From an uncultured Clostridia bacterium (GTDB lineage Bacteria > Bacillota > Clostridia > Lutisporales > Lutisporaceae), in contig CALGKJ010000043.1 of the NCBI GenBank assembly GCA_937930535.1, positions 1 through 32,000 on the forward strand: a DNA stretch of 32,000 bases, read 5' to 3'. Positions 1-9,415 of the stretch are shown here, piece after piece (positions within the stretch are counted from its first letter, which is position 1; each line of letters opens with the position of its first letter). The notes beneath the pieces were generated by a model, which worked only from the letters and a program-made list of their open reading frames with translations, was not told the origin of the DNA and made no database searches. Position numbers and translations under genes: made by a program.

Positions 1-2
1 CA

Positions 3-146
3 ATACGCCCCTATGTAACAGGTCGAAAAAACTGGCTATTCTGCGACACAAAGCGAGGAGCAGTAGCCAGTGCTACAGTATATAGCATTATTGAGACTGC
101 AAAGCTGAACAACCTGAACCCTTATATGTACTTGGTTCACCAATAG
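3..146 (+). pseudogene. IS66-family transposase, C-terminal fragment (5' part is off-window and the natural C-terminus is missing)
   Basis: Frame 3 reads IRPYVTGRKNWLFCDTKRGAVASATVYSIIETAKLNNLNPYMYLVHQ*. The RKNWLF...IETAKLNxLNPY block is the conserved C-terminal signature of IS66 transposases. The frame stops at 144-146, where homology to the opposing peptidase begins. Confidence 0.75.
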
Positions 147-737
147 TTGTTCTTCTCCATTAAAGGCACAAAATATTATATTTGACTCAAAAGGCTTACC
201 TGTAGATATTTCTTTTAACTTTTTAGCTATTTCTATTAAAGCTGCTACACCTGAAGCATTATCTAATGCTCCCCTATTTATGTTTCCTTCTTTAATTCCT
301 AGAGAATCAAAATGTGCTGATATTACAACTGCTTTTCCACTATCTTTGCCTTTGATATATCCTACAATATTACTAACTTCCTTAGAGATTGCAGCATAAT
401 CTTTTGATGCCGGTTCTGATTGTGTGTATTTTTGAAAGTAGCTTTCTCCCGACATTGGCTCTAACCCTATATTTTTAAAAATATCAGCTATGTATTCCCC
501 AGCCTGTTCATTTCCTTTTGAGAAAGTTCGCCTTCCTTCAAATTCATCTGAACAAAGTTTATTAATGGTCTCCTCGATTGTTGGGTACTTTGAAAAGTTG
601 GTCTGTTGTACTTCCTGTTTATTAACTGTAGATTGAATTTTGTATTCCGCAAGTTTCTCTGTTTTTTTAATAAATGAGCAAGATGAAATAGTTATAACTA
701 TAGCAATGATAACACTTAACTTTAATATAGACTTCAT
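147..737 (-). pseudogene. M28-family aminopeptidase lipoprotein, 3'-truncated
   Basis: N-terminal lipoprotein signal MKSILKLSVIIAIVITISSC. M28 metal-ligand blocks VVISAHFDS, GALDNASGVAALIEIAKKL and FCAFNGEEQ are present. Homology ends right after NGEEQ. The remaining 36-146 of the tracked ORF is antisense to the IS66 fragment and is an artefactual tail. Confidence 0.75.
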
Positions 738-1204
738 AGTAACTCCTCCAAGTAACTTTATATCCGTAATTCTTTCCTACTATCATTATAGCTATTCCAA
801 TATTTTTAAATCTATTCCTAAATAAAATATTGTTCTTAATTTTAAGGCTATCTCTAAGACTAATGGTGAAACATTAAATTTACACCGTTAGTTCGTTCTA
901 AATTACCGTTACGTCTTAATCTTCAGATATATTCATAAGCTACACTTCCAAAGACCATAACTAATACATAGTATAACCCTTTTAGTTGATGTAATCAACT
1001 AAACAATTAAGCTATTCATTTAATAGTTTTGCTGATAAAGGTCTGTAGGCACTGTTGGTTTAGAGTATCATATGTAACTGGTAAAATAAAAGGGAGAAAT
1101 ATCGGCAAACAGAAACGGAGAAAAATTTCCAGTTAATACAATAATATACCTAACATATACCTAACTCTGATAAAATTGAATAGTCAATTGCATCAGAGGG
1201 GGTT

Positions 1205-2767
1205 ATGGATTTGAAGGGATGGAAAATGTTTGCTGAAATAAAAAGATTTAAGGAAATGGGACTTAATAAATCACAGGTTGAGAGAAAACTTGATATCAAC
1301 TACAAGACCGTTGATAAGTATTGGAATATGAGTCACGAAGAGTATGTTACGCTTTCTCAGAAGTCTAAGTCAAGAAACAAGAAACTTGAAAGATACGAAG
1401 ACGTAATTCTTGACTGGCTCAGGGAATTTAACGATATATCAGCTGCTCAAGTAAATGACTGGATCAAAGAAAAATACAATGATTTCACTATCAAAGATAG
1501 GACTCTTAGAGACTTCATACAGAAGCTGAGAGAAAAGCATAAGATACCTAAACAGGTCTCTAGCAGACAGTACGAAGCAGTATCTGAGCTGCCTATGGGT
1601 TATCAGGCTCAAGTTGATATGGGACAGATATGGATGAAAAGGTACGATGGCGCTAACATCAAGGTATACTGCTTTGCCATGGTACTCTCTCATTCAAGGC
1701 ATAAATTTGTGTACTGGTCAGACAAGCCTTTGACTACCCTGACATTTATTGATATGCATCATAAGGCTTTTGAGTTCTTTGGCGGCATGCCAAAAGAAAT
1801 AGTATACGATCAAGATCGGGTGCTGACGGTAAGTGAAAATCATGGGGACATCATATTTACTGAAGGCTTTGAAATATTTAGAAAGGCGGTGAATTTCAAG
1901 GTGAGGTTCTGCAGAGGCTTTGACCCTGAGAGCAAAGGAAAGGTTGAAGCTGTTGTAAAGTATGTAAAAATCAACTTTGCAAGATACAGAATTTTTAAGA
2001 GTCTAGCCACGCTAAACGATGAAGCAATCAAATAGCTTGATAGAACTGCAAATGCAAAGGTTCATGATATAACCAAAAAAATACCGGCAGAAGTGTATGC
2101 CCTCGAAAAACAACACCTGCTGCCAGCGCCCATAATGTTTAAAACAAAACATTATGAAGATATATTAACCTATCCAGTAAGAAAAGACAATACCATAATG
2201 TACAAGCAAAACAGATATCAGCTTCCAAAAGGAACTTATACTCCTAGCAAGAAGGTGGAACTGATAAAGAAAAATACAAGCATAATTCTAAGAGACATTG
2301 AGACGAAACAGATATATGTCACTCATCCGATATGTCTTGGTAAGGGCAGCCTTGTAAAGATAATACATCCTGAAAGAGATATCAATACGCCTCTGGATAA
2401 GGTTCTAGAAAGTACTTTGAAGGCATTGGGCAGTAGTGAAAACGCAAAGATACTTCTAGAGAATATCCAGCGCGAGAAATCAAGATATATCAAGGATCAG
2501 CTGGGAGTAATATTAAAGTCAGTAGAAGGCTACAGCAATGAGCTGATTCAAAAGGCATTAGGCTATTGTGTAGAACGAAGCTTATGGAGTGCAACAACAT
2601 TTAAGGATGTACTTCAGTATCTTACAGCTGAAAGCAAGGCAATAGTAAAAGATACCACGGCAAACATAGATATCTCTTCAAAGTACAAAGGCTTAAAGCC
2701 TGAGATAAGGCACATCAGTGAATACATATATGCTTTGAAGGAGGATAAGAACAGATGGAAAAACTGA
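1205..2767 (+). pseudogene. istA: IS21 transposase IstA, interrupted by a single in-frame TAG at 2033-2035
   Basis: ORFs 1205-2035 and 2093-2767 are in the same frame (888 nt apart). Read-through gives ...NDEAIK*LDRTANAKVHDITKKIPAEVYALEKQHL. The TAG sits where IstA proteins have the W of W-LDxxANxRxH, so TGG>TAG is the likely change. An N-terminal HTH and a DDE integrase core (QVDMGQ, VYDQDR) are present. Confidence 0.8.
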
Positions 2768-3498
2768 CGCAGATAAAGGAATGTGCAAAGCTTCTAAACC
2801 TGACAAATCTAAAGAGCTATGTAGATATATTCATAGAAAAAGCAGATTTAAGCAATATGACATACCAAGACTTTCTACTTAAGGTGTTAGAAGAAGAACT
2901 GGAGTTGAGAAGCAAAAAGGCTAGGGAGAGACGGTTTAGAAGTGCTGAATTCACTGTGATAAAGAAGATGGAGGACTTTGACATTAACTTTCAACAGGTG
3001 ATTACACAAAAGCAAATAAATAGGCTACTGGAGCTTGAATGGATAGATAGGATGTACAATCTTATCTTCCTGGGGCCACCCGGGGTTGGCAAGACTCATA
3101 TATCAATATCCTTAGGGATTAAAGCTATAGAGGCTGGTTACAATGTAAGCTTTACAACTATGGATAATCTCATGTACTGTCTGAAAACTAAGGAAATATC
3201 GAGAAGAAGCAAAAGTAAAATCAACAGGATACAATCTTCAGAGCTGATCATAATTGATGAGCTTGGGTATCTCCCAATAACAAGAGAGGAAGCGAATCTC
3301 TTCTTTCAGCTAATTTCATCTCTACATGAGCAATCATCATTAATCATCACATCAAACAAGGGCTTTGAGGATTGGACTGAGTTGCTGGGTGATGCAGCAC
3401 TAACAACTGCTGTTTTGGATAGAATAACTTACCGCTGTGAGCTATTTAACATGTCGGGCAAAAGCTATAGGCTGGAAAACCGTCAATCATTGTTCTAA
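2755..3498 (+). CDS. istB: IS21 helper ATPase IstB
   Basis: Walker A GPPGVGKTH and Walker B LIIIDELGY. Overlaps the istA end by 13 nt, as is typical for IS21. Confidence 0.9.
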   Translation: MEKLTQIKECAKLLNLTNLKSYVDIFIEKADLSNMTYQDFLLKVLEEELELRSKKARERRFRSAEFTVIKKMEDFDINFQQVITQKQINRLLELEWIDRMYNLIFLGPPGVGKTHISISLGIKAIEAGYNVSFTTMDNLMYCLKTKEISRRSKSKINRIQSSELIIIDELGYLPITREEANLFFQLISSLHEQSSLIITSNKGFEDWTELLGDAALTTAVLDRITYRCELFNMSGKSYRLENRQSLF

Positions 3499-3986
3499 AT
3501 TATGCGACTGTAAAAAAATCGGTAAAATTATTTGCCGTTTTTTCTCCAAAACTACTTGCCAGTTACACATAAGGGTATACCCTTATGATAGAGCCTTAAA
3601 CCGTGTCAATAGGGTAGTTAATATGAGAAGGTCAACATGCCACGTCCTCAGGAATATATCTACACTTAAGGTCTACCACCCTGGCAAGCTGGACATTTTC
3701 TTTGAAAGATGTCAGAACCATTACTTTTATATTGTTTTTTACAGCATTGGGACTCCAATATATAAAATTTCTGCATATAATCAGTACCGTTTTCATTTTG
3801 CAACCAAGATTTTTCTGATTGTTTCTATTAAAATATCCTACTGACGTTGTTTTTGATTCAGCGATAGTACCCTAAATCATCCCTTCAAAATTCCATTATA
3901 TATATTTTGATTTCTATAAATTATTATACCCTTTTATCTCATTCCAAGGCAATAATTGCTATTTTATGGCTTCTATCATTTGTGCC

Positions 3987-4168
3987 AAAAGGTGTACACC
4001 CCATGTCCAAAAATGCACCCAAATGCACACCCCCGGTACATTTTACCCTAATCCTTCCACAAATACCGACAAAATCCAACAAATAACCCCACATATTTTA
4101 ACACAAAAAATACTAAAAGCCTTTGAAATCAAAGGCTTTGCTACGTATCAACGTTTTATACTTATTTG
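3987..4168. repeat. Left copy of the ~182-bp direct repeat bracketing the island (orphan copy of the ssrA-downstream region)
   Basis: Aligns end to end with 25863-26043 (about 160/182 identical by hand, one 1-nt indel). Contains a copy of the ssrA terminator hairpin at 4116-4139. No tmRNA sequence follows it. Confidence 0.85.
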
Positions 4169-4340
4169 TCTAAGGACAGGCTGTTTGATACAATCTAGCG
4201 GATTTGGGTAACGCTAAATTGTAGGGGTTTCCGCTAATAGGTGCACACCCTACAGCCACATGTTTCTATTGACTTACTATATGGAGTGTGAATAAGAATA
4301 AAATTTTTCCATACCCTTGCATCAATTTATTATTATATGT

Positions 4341-4358
4341 ATAATGCGAAGTTGAATT
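4341..4358. repeat. Copy of the recurring spacer motif ATAATGsGAAGTTG(AATT)
   Basis: ataatgcgaagttgaatt matches 7175-7192 (ataatgggaagttgaatt) at 17 of 18 positions. Confidence 0.6.
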
Positions 4359-4473
4359 GTTCAATAATCTTGAAATCGATATAGGTTATATTCTTTTGCA
4401 TCACTTTGGTTTTTATATATTAACAGTATCTTGGCGTAGTTAAACATTGCTTATGCCCAAAAAACAAAAACGG

Positions 4474-5328
4474 CTATTCTTCATGTATGTCTATAGTCAT
4501 TTCAACTCTAATTCCGCCATGCAAATAGCCTTTATAAACTTGAGCAATATCTTTCATACACCCTAACTCAATTGGGGCATCGTGAAGACGCTTCATTATT
4601 TTTCTTTTTTTCGTCTTTATAATTATTCTAGCTTCACTCTGTTCTTTAAAACTTGTGTTTTTAACCAGTAATTCGTATGGATACTTCTGTCCAAAATCCA
4701 TCCAACCATCATTGCCATATGCTTCAAAATCAAAATATGTCACTTTCCTAATAAGTATTTCTGTATCTTCAAGGCCTATAGATATTAATGTTTTATATAA
4801 CCTAACTTTAAACTCATCAAAGCTGTCTATAATTATTAATGCCGGCTGATCTTCTAATGGAAGTTTTTTTATATCTTCAGGAGACAAGTGATCTGAAAAA
4901 TCTCTGAAATAAGAAGCCGGAATATTTGCAGATACTCTATGTTTTCCTGCACTATCTGGACAAGGAAATAAACTGTGCTTCATTATATAAAAGCAAAAAC
5001 AAGGCAACAGTAAACTTCTCTTATCTTTTAGAAGTAATCTTTGACCAATAACTTCTTTTGTTAGAGGTCTCAAATTAGTATTTAATATGCAAGCAGAGTC
5101 ATATTTTTGATTCAATTCAATTGCTCTTTTATAATCAAGAACATTACAAAAAGCAATTGTGCCTTCATATCCATCTCCACGTCCGTTACCGTATTTTTTC
5201 GAATAATCTATCCATGATTGAGGTTCATTAAGTTTTATTGAACCTTTATTAATGAAATCCTCTGCATATTTTGAACTCGTCAATCTGAACACAGCAGTAA
5301 AATGGTCAGGATTTGCCCATACACCCAT
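4474..5328 (-). CDS. Uncharacterised 284-aa protein, possibly DUF2971-like
   Basis: Long ORF. The ATG at 5326-5328 is preceded by AGAGGGTG, and I prefer it to the GTG at 5337. The N-terminal GSIKLNEPQSWID and C-terminal KNTSFKEQSEARIII segments resemble DUF2971 blocks only loosely. Confidence 0.55.
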   Translation of the reverse strand: MGVWANPDHFTAVFRLTSSKYAEDFINKGSIKLNEPQSWIDYSKKYGNGRGDGYEGTIAFCNVLDYKRAIELNQKYDSACILNTNLRPLTKEVIGQRLLLKDKRSLLLPCFCFYIMKHSLFPCPDSAGKHRVSANIPASYFRDFSDHLSPEDIKKLPLEDQPALIIIDSFDEFKVRLYKTLISIGLEDTEILIRKVTYFDFEAYGNDGWMDFGQKYPYELLVKNTSFKEQSEARIIIKTKKRKIMKRLHDAPIELGCMKDIAQVYKGYLHGGIRVEMTIDIHEE

Positions 5329-5388
5329 TGAAATCACCCTCTTATCTAAATACTTACCATAAAAACAATTTAAAAATTATGGTTTTTC

Positions 5389-5454
5389 GTTCTGTTCAAC
5401 TTCTCAATATCTATGATAATGGGAAGTTGGTAGAAAATTGTTAAACTTCCCATT
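5389..5454. repeat. Recurring spacer module: GTTCTG..CAACTTC..GAAGTTG plus an 11-bp perfect hairpin
   Basis: gttctg 5389-5394, caacttc 5397-5403, gaagttg 5423-5429. aatgggaagtt (5418-5428) is the perfect reverse complement of aacttcccatt (5444-5454). Confidence 0.6.
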
Positions 5455-5530
5455 TTCCATATAATAAAAAGCTCGTTCGCCTTTGGGGAATAAGCCGTAC
5501 ATACATGCACGTGTGGGCTGCTTTACCCGA

Positions 5531-6001
5531 TTAGGATGAAATACGTAATTCCAGTCCTGCTTTAGCCGCAAGATGCTTTATTTTACTGTACATTTCTGGT
5601 TCAAATTTGGGAGAGTAATTTGTTGAGACGCTCGAAAGTCCGGGTCTCAGTTGGTGAACGATTCCACTACTCATAAAATCACTCATAATACCCCTGCATT
5701 GGTATTCTTCTAAGACTAAAACATGCAAATCACATTCACCCATCGGGAATACGATACCAACAGGAATATTATTTTCAAGCAAGATAATTATATCTTGATA
5801 TCCGAAACATCCCTTCGGTAAAGGCTTGCCGTTGAGCATTAAATTCCAGCCATGTGATGTTAATTCTCCATTTCTCAGGTATTGGAATTTACGAGTTTTT
5901 GTATTTTCAATGACATCAAGGATAATCCCAACATCGCGGATTGGTATTCCCACACCGATATTGGCATTTCGGCAAATGAGTTCGAGGGTTTCATTAGTCA
6001 T
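5531..6001 (-). CDS. Uncharacterised 156-aa protein (weak GNAT-like Q-x-R-G motif)
   Basis: ORF with SD AAAGGAG about 9 nt upstream of the ATG. VLVLEEYQCRGIMSDFM resembles GNAT motif A only weakly. Confidence 0.5.
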   Translation of the reverse strand: MTNETLELICRNANIGVGIPIRDVGIILDVIENTKTRKFQYLRNGELTSHGWNLMLNGKPLPKGCFGYQDIIILLENNIPVGIVFPMGECDLHVLVLEEYQCRGIMSDFMSSGIVHQLRPGLSSVSTNYSPKFEPEMYSKIKHLAAKAGLELRISS

Positions 6002-6150
6002 GCCCGTATGCTCCTTTCAAGCTTTCAGGTCAAAGATGATTGATACGGTAAACCACATTTCAATCACACCAATAGTTATGAAATTTGAATAGGACCCCTT
6101 ATCGCACTATCGCGAACGTCCGATTATAATAATACTTAGAACTTAGATCT

Positions 6151-6190
6151 GTTCTGACAACTTCACAGTATTAGCCTAATGTGTAAATGG
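6151..6190. repeat. Diverged copy of the recurring spacer module
   Basis: gttctgaCAACTTCacagTATTAGCCTAATGtgtaaatgg. It shares gttctg..caacttc with 5389-5403, and a 13-mer (6169-6181) with 9301-9313. Confidence 0.55.
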
Positions 6191-6298
6191 ATTATGAAAA
6201 ATTCAAAAGTATAATAGTACATACAAAATTTTTTATGACTTACATTTGGATTTATTGACCAAATAGTTTTATATTTAGTAATTGTTTAGTAATTTATA

Positions 6299-7102
6299 TC
6301 AAAAGAGTCCAAACTTTTTCCTTTTGTAGAATGGTTTAATATTATTTGTGGCATTATGTCCAAAATCAGAATCATACGGTACCAAGTCAATAAGCATACC
6401 TTTTAAGTGACTTATTGCGGCATTACCTATTCCATCAAATATTTCTCTTCTCTCACCAGTAAAATCAACTATTATTAAATAGCTCTGTTCCTCTTCTTTT
6501 ATCATAAGCTGCAAATACGCTGCTTGTACACTTTTTTGTTTCTTCAAATAATCTGAAATGGCATTAACCATTTCTTTAGGATATATACGTGGTTGCCCTA
6601 ATTGAACAGTTGTATCTTTCTTCACCACTTGCTCAATTACGCCCCCCTTTTCACGTCTTTCTTTCTCATCTTTTAATGCTTGTACCATTGTTTTATTAAA
6701 TGTAACATTCCCGCTAAAAGGATTAATTACAAATCCGTCCGAATTTCCTTTTTCATCTAGTACCATTGCAGCTAAATCATCAAAAGTTAATATTAAGGTC
6801 TGCTGATTTTCAACCTTATGCCATTTCCATAACTCTTCCCAATCCGTAAAAGCTAAAAAGAATTGCTGATTAACTGTATTTTCAATTATACTAAAGTTAA
6901 TTATTGTTTTTTCCTTCAAAACTACCTCTTTGCTATCACTTGAAGATTCTGGTATTGGCGAGATAATTACAGGTGAAATAAAATGAGCTTTCATTACCTC
7001 ATTAATTACTTGGTCTTGATTCTCTTTTGTGTTGCTTTCTTGCATTGCTTTTATAGCTACTACTAGCTCTGGATTATATATAGGTTTATTCACATCTATC
7101 AT
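6299..7102 (-). CDS. SseB-family protein (SseB N- and C-terminal domains)
   Basis: FFLAFTDWEELWKW...GFVINPFSGNVTF matches the SseB_N pattern. ...VQAAYLQLMIKEEEQSYLIIVDFTG matches the SseB_C pattern. SD GAAAGGAAAA lies upstream of the ATG. Confidence 0.6.
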   Translation of the reverse strand: MIDVNKPIYNPELVVAIKAMQESNTKENQDQVINEVMKAHFISPVIISPIPESSSDSKEVVLKEKTIINFSIIENTVNQQFFLAFTDWEELWKWHKVENQQTLILTFDDLAAMVLDEKGNSDGFVINPFSGNVTFNKTMVQALKDEKERREKGGVIEQVVKKDTTVQLGQPRIYPKEMVNAISDYLKKQKSVQAAYLQLMIKEEEQSYLIIVDFTGERREIFDGIGNAAISHLKGMLIDLVPYDSDFGHNATNNIKPFYKRKKFGLF

Positions 7103-7146
7103 TAGAATTTTCCTTTCTATTATAAAGCAAATTGATCATTTTGACA

Positions 7147-7192
7147 GTTCTGTTTTGTACTAATTGGTATATGGATAATGGGAAGTTGAATT
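7147..7192. repeat. Copy of the recurring spacer module
   Basis: gttctg 7147-7152 and ataatgggaagttgaatt 7175-7192, with the same spacing as in 5389-5429 to within 1 nt. Confidence 0.6.
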
Positions 7193-7452
7193 TCTTCACC
7201 TTTGATGTATATTGATATAACATGAATTTCATTTTAACCATTGTCTTATATAAGTTGCAATTAATCTATTACATTACACTATTTTCCTTATAGGTCAATG
7301 CAAGGGCTGATTCAAAAGCCAATGTAACGTATTTTTTGCAACTTATATAGTAAACTATAAAGGTTGTTACAATAAATTCCTATTCTCATATGTTAGCACA
7401 ACCACTATGACTTTTTACAATGCCCATAGTGTATGTACTCATTTTTACTTTC

Positions 7453-9156
7453 CTATTTTATGGCTAATATTTCATCATAAAAAAGCTTGGCTAAATAGTC
7501 TGTCCTTTTGTCAATATCAAATTTATGCTTCGATTTATATTTCTTTGCAATGCCCCTAACAGTGTAAAAGCCAGATTCCTCATATATTAATATTTTCTCA
7601 TTTAACGGTTTTTTCTTACATCTTTCATTCAATGTTTGTTCCAAGGGTATTAAATTTCCTATTTTAGCGTTATCTTCATGCTCACTATCTGGATAGATAT
7701 GTTCAATAGTATAATCAATATCCAGATTGCAATTAGATAAATGTTTTTCCAAAACCTCAAGTACAAGTTTAGCACGTTGTTTAGCTGCACTATCTTTATA
7801 TAAACCCCAATGATTTGACCATCCAATATTCCTAAATGCATTTATAAACCAATCAACACTTGGAATTTTAGATTTTAAATTACTTATGAACTCATCTAAA
7901 AGTTCATCGGTGCATCTAGCTTCCAATAATGGAGCATATTTATATATTACATCAGTCAGCCTATTCGATTTTTCTTTTCCAATTATGGTATAGCATAGAA
8001 AAAATTTATATAAGAAATTAAGAACAAAATTGTAGCGATCTTCTGAAATTTTCTCAAGTTCACGCTGATGCATGAGGGTTAGCAGTATTGGTCTAAACTG
8101 TTCTTGACGCTTGGTTTTGAAAAAGGAAAAAACAAAAAATTCCATTTGAGTGCAAATTTGAACATCATCATCGTCTAATATCCTTGGTTTATAGATTTTA
8201 GAATAGTATTTGCATTTTAATTGAATATCTCTTAGTAATTTCTCCATATCCTTATTATCAGAAGATTTACGTATGTTTTTATATGGCTCTTTACGTAATT
8301 CTTCTGATGTTGCATATCTGTGTGGTGCATAGTGCTTTATGAAATTGGACATTCCTTTTCCAAGTTCATCTTCCATTTGCTCCCATGCTTTTTTAACTTT
8401 GTCTCTGTTTTCTATAGGTTGTATATATCTCATAATATAATTTTTTAGTAAGTCGTGATCTTCCAAGGGTTGTCCTCTAGCATTTAGTATTTCAAAAATT
8501 GTGTACGAGTCTTCTTCGGTAGTTGCTCTTATATGGACATAATTCATCCCAACCAGTGCATCCAAGAGTGAAACTATTGCATTGCCAGGATTTTCTTTAT
8601 TAGAGGATAAGTATTCATTCAACTGGTCGAAGAAAAACTTCACAGCATCGCCTATGATCTTGTCTTTTCTTTTTGACACTGTATTTAGATTTATGAATGA
8701 GGAAATAGACAAATATTTGATATCATCTGTTGGCATATCGATAAGAGAATCTATCATTTTCTCAAATGATTCATGATAGTCAGCATTAAATATATGGTTA
8801 TTTCTATTTTTTCTGTCGGTAGTTATCAAATACTTAACACATCCATCAAAGTCATCAATCATCCCACGAGTTTTCATAATAAACATTATTGCTAATAAGA
8901 AGATGGAAACAGTCATCATGCGCTGCTGCCCATCAATTATTGTATATTGTTCTAAGCCGCTAATGGCACCTTCTTCTTTTAATACAATACTACCAATAAA
9001 ATGTGGAATTTGGTTTTCAGAAACAAATACAACATCCGTCCACAAGTCTTTCCAATTATCTTTCTTCCAAACATATTTTCTTTGATTTCTTGGAATACGG
9101 TAAACTGCATTATTTAGCAAATTTGATATAGTTTCTTGGCGTGCATCAAAACACAT
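7453..9156 (-). CDS. DUF262/DUF1524 (GmrSD-like) nuclease, candidate type IV restriction enzyme
   Basis: N-terminal DUF262 motifs IPRNQRKYVW and IIDGQQR. C-terminal DUF1524/HNH-like block YTIEHIYPDS...IGNLIPLEQTLNERCKKKPL. I prefer the ATG at 9154-9156 (AGGAGGAG SD) to the upstream ATG at 9186. Confidence 0.8.
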   Translation of the reverse strand: MCFDARQETISNLLNNAVYRIPRNQRKYVWKKDNWKDLWTDVVFVSENQIPHFIGSIVLKEEGAISGLEQYTIIDGQQRMMTVSIFLLAIMFIMKTRGMIDDFDGCVKYLITTDRKNRNNHIFNADYHESFEKMIDSLIDMPTDDIKYLSISSFINLNTVSKRKDKIIGDAVKFFFDQLNEYLSSNKENPGNAIVSLLDALVGMNYVHIRATTEEDSYTIFEILNARGQPLEDHDLLKNYIMRYIQPIENRDKVKKAWEQMEDELGKGMSNFIKHYAPHRYATSEELRKEPYKNIRKSSDNKDMEKLLRDIQLKCKYYSKIYKPRILDDDDVQICTQMEFFVFSFFKTKRQEQFRPILLTLMHQRELEKISEDRYNFVLNFLYKFFLCYTIIGKEKSNRLTDVIYKYAPLLEARCTDELLDEFISNLKSKIPSVDWFINAFRNIGWSNHWGLYKDSAAKQRAKLVLEVLEKHLSNCNLDIDYTIEHIYPDSEHEDNAKIGNLIPLEQTLNERCKKKPLNEKILIYEESGFYTVRGIAKKYKSKHKFDIDKRTDYLAKLFYDEILAIK

Positions 9157-9286
9157 AACATCACTCCTCCTGATATTTAAACACAATCGCTATCTATTAA
9201 TTGATTCAATCAATGTTAATCTAATTTTCTATCATTGTACATATTGTTAAGCTCAAATTACACACTATTGCTATAATATTGTAATC

Positions 9287-9322
9287 TGTAAACTTACCAT
9301 TATTAGCCTAATGAGAAGTTTG
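9287..9322. repeat. Copy of the recurring spacer module (imperfect palindrome)
   Basis: AAACTTACCATTA-ttagcc-TAATGAGAAGTTT (9290-9321). ctaatgagaagtttg parallels ataatgggaagttg in the other copies. Confidence 0.55.
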
Positions 9323-9415
9323 CTGTACTGCCCATAATTATAATTCGATAGTGGCAACACATCCTCCTCGATTTGCTCATTAGTCACTTTACCAAGACAG
9401 TACAGTCTAATTGTA

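Larger units (their letters stand above)
1073..3567 (+). mobile_element. IS21-family insertion sequence (istA-istB), 2495 bp, with 4-bp target duplication
   Basis: Terminal inverted repeats TGTAACTGG (1073-1081) and CCAGTTACA (3559-3567), with further subterminal similarity (..CGGCAAA.. on both arms). CATA direct repeats sit at 1069-1072 and 3568-3571. The interior encodes IstA-like and IstB-like proteins. Confidence 0.85.

Noticed and set aside
2033-2035. The TAG in istA as a pyrrolysine or programmed read-through codon.
   Set aside because: The position corresponds to a conserved Trp (TGG, one transition away). TAG is used as an ordinary stop by many neighbouring genes (4474, 7453, 12312, 14574, 15822). 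Simple nonsense mutation is the default reading, and the residual possibility is kept as a low-interest finding.
3437-4211. Tracked ORFs 3437-3844 and 3966-4211 (and 25898-26119 at the other repeat copy).
   Set aside because: They span the IS21 right end, the island direct repeat or the tmRNA 3' end. They have no SD, and their translations look like noise. The two 'homologous' ORFs are simply the direct repeat translated.
7103-7260. A 50-codon minus-strand ORF (MVKMKFMLYQYTSKVKKFNFPLSIYQL...) running through the spacer motif into the SseB-like start.
   Set aside because: The shared motif falls in different reading frames in the other spacers, so conservation is at the DNA level. There is no SD.
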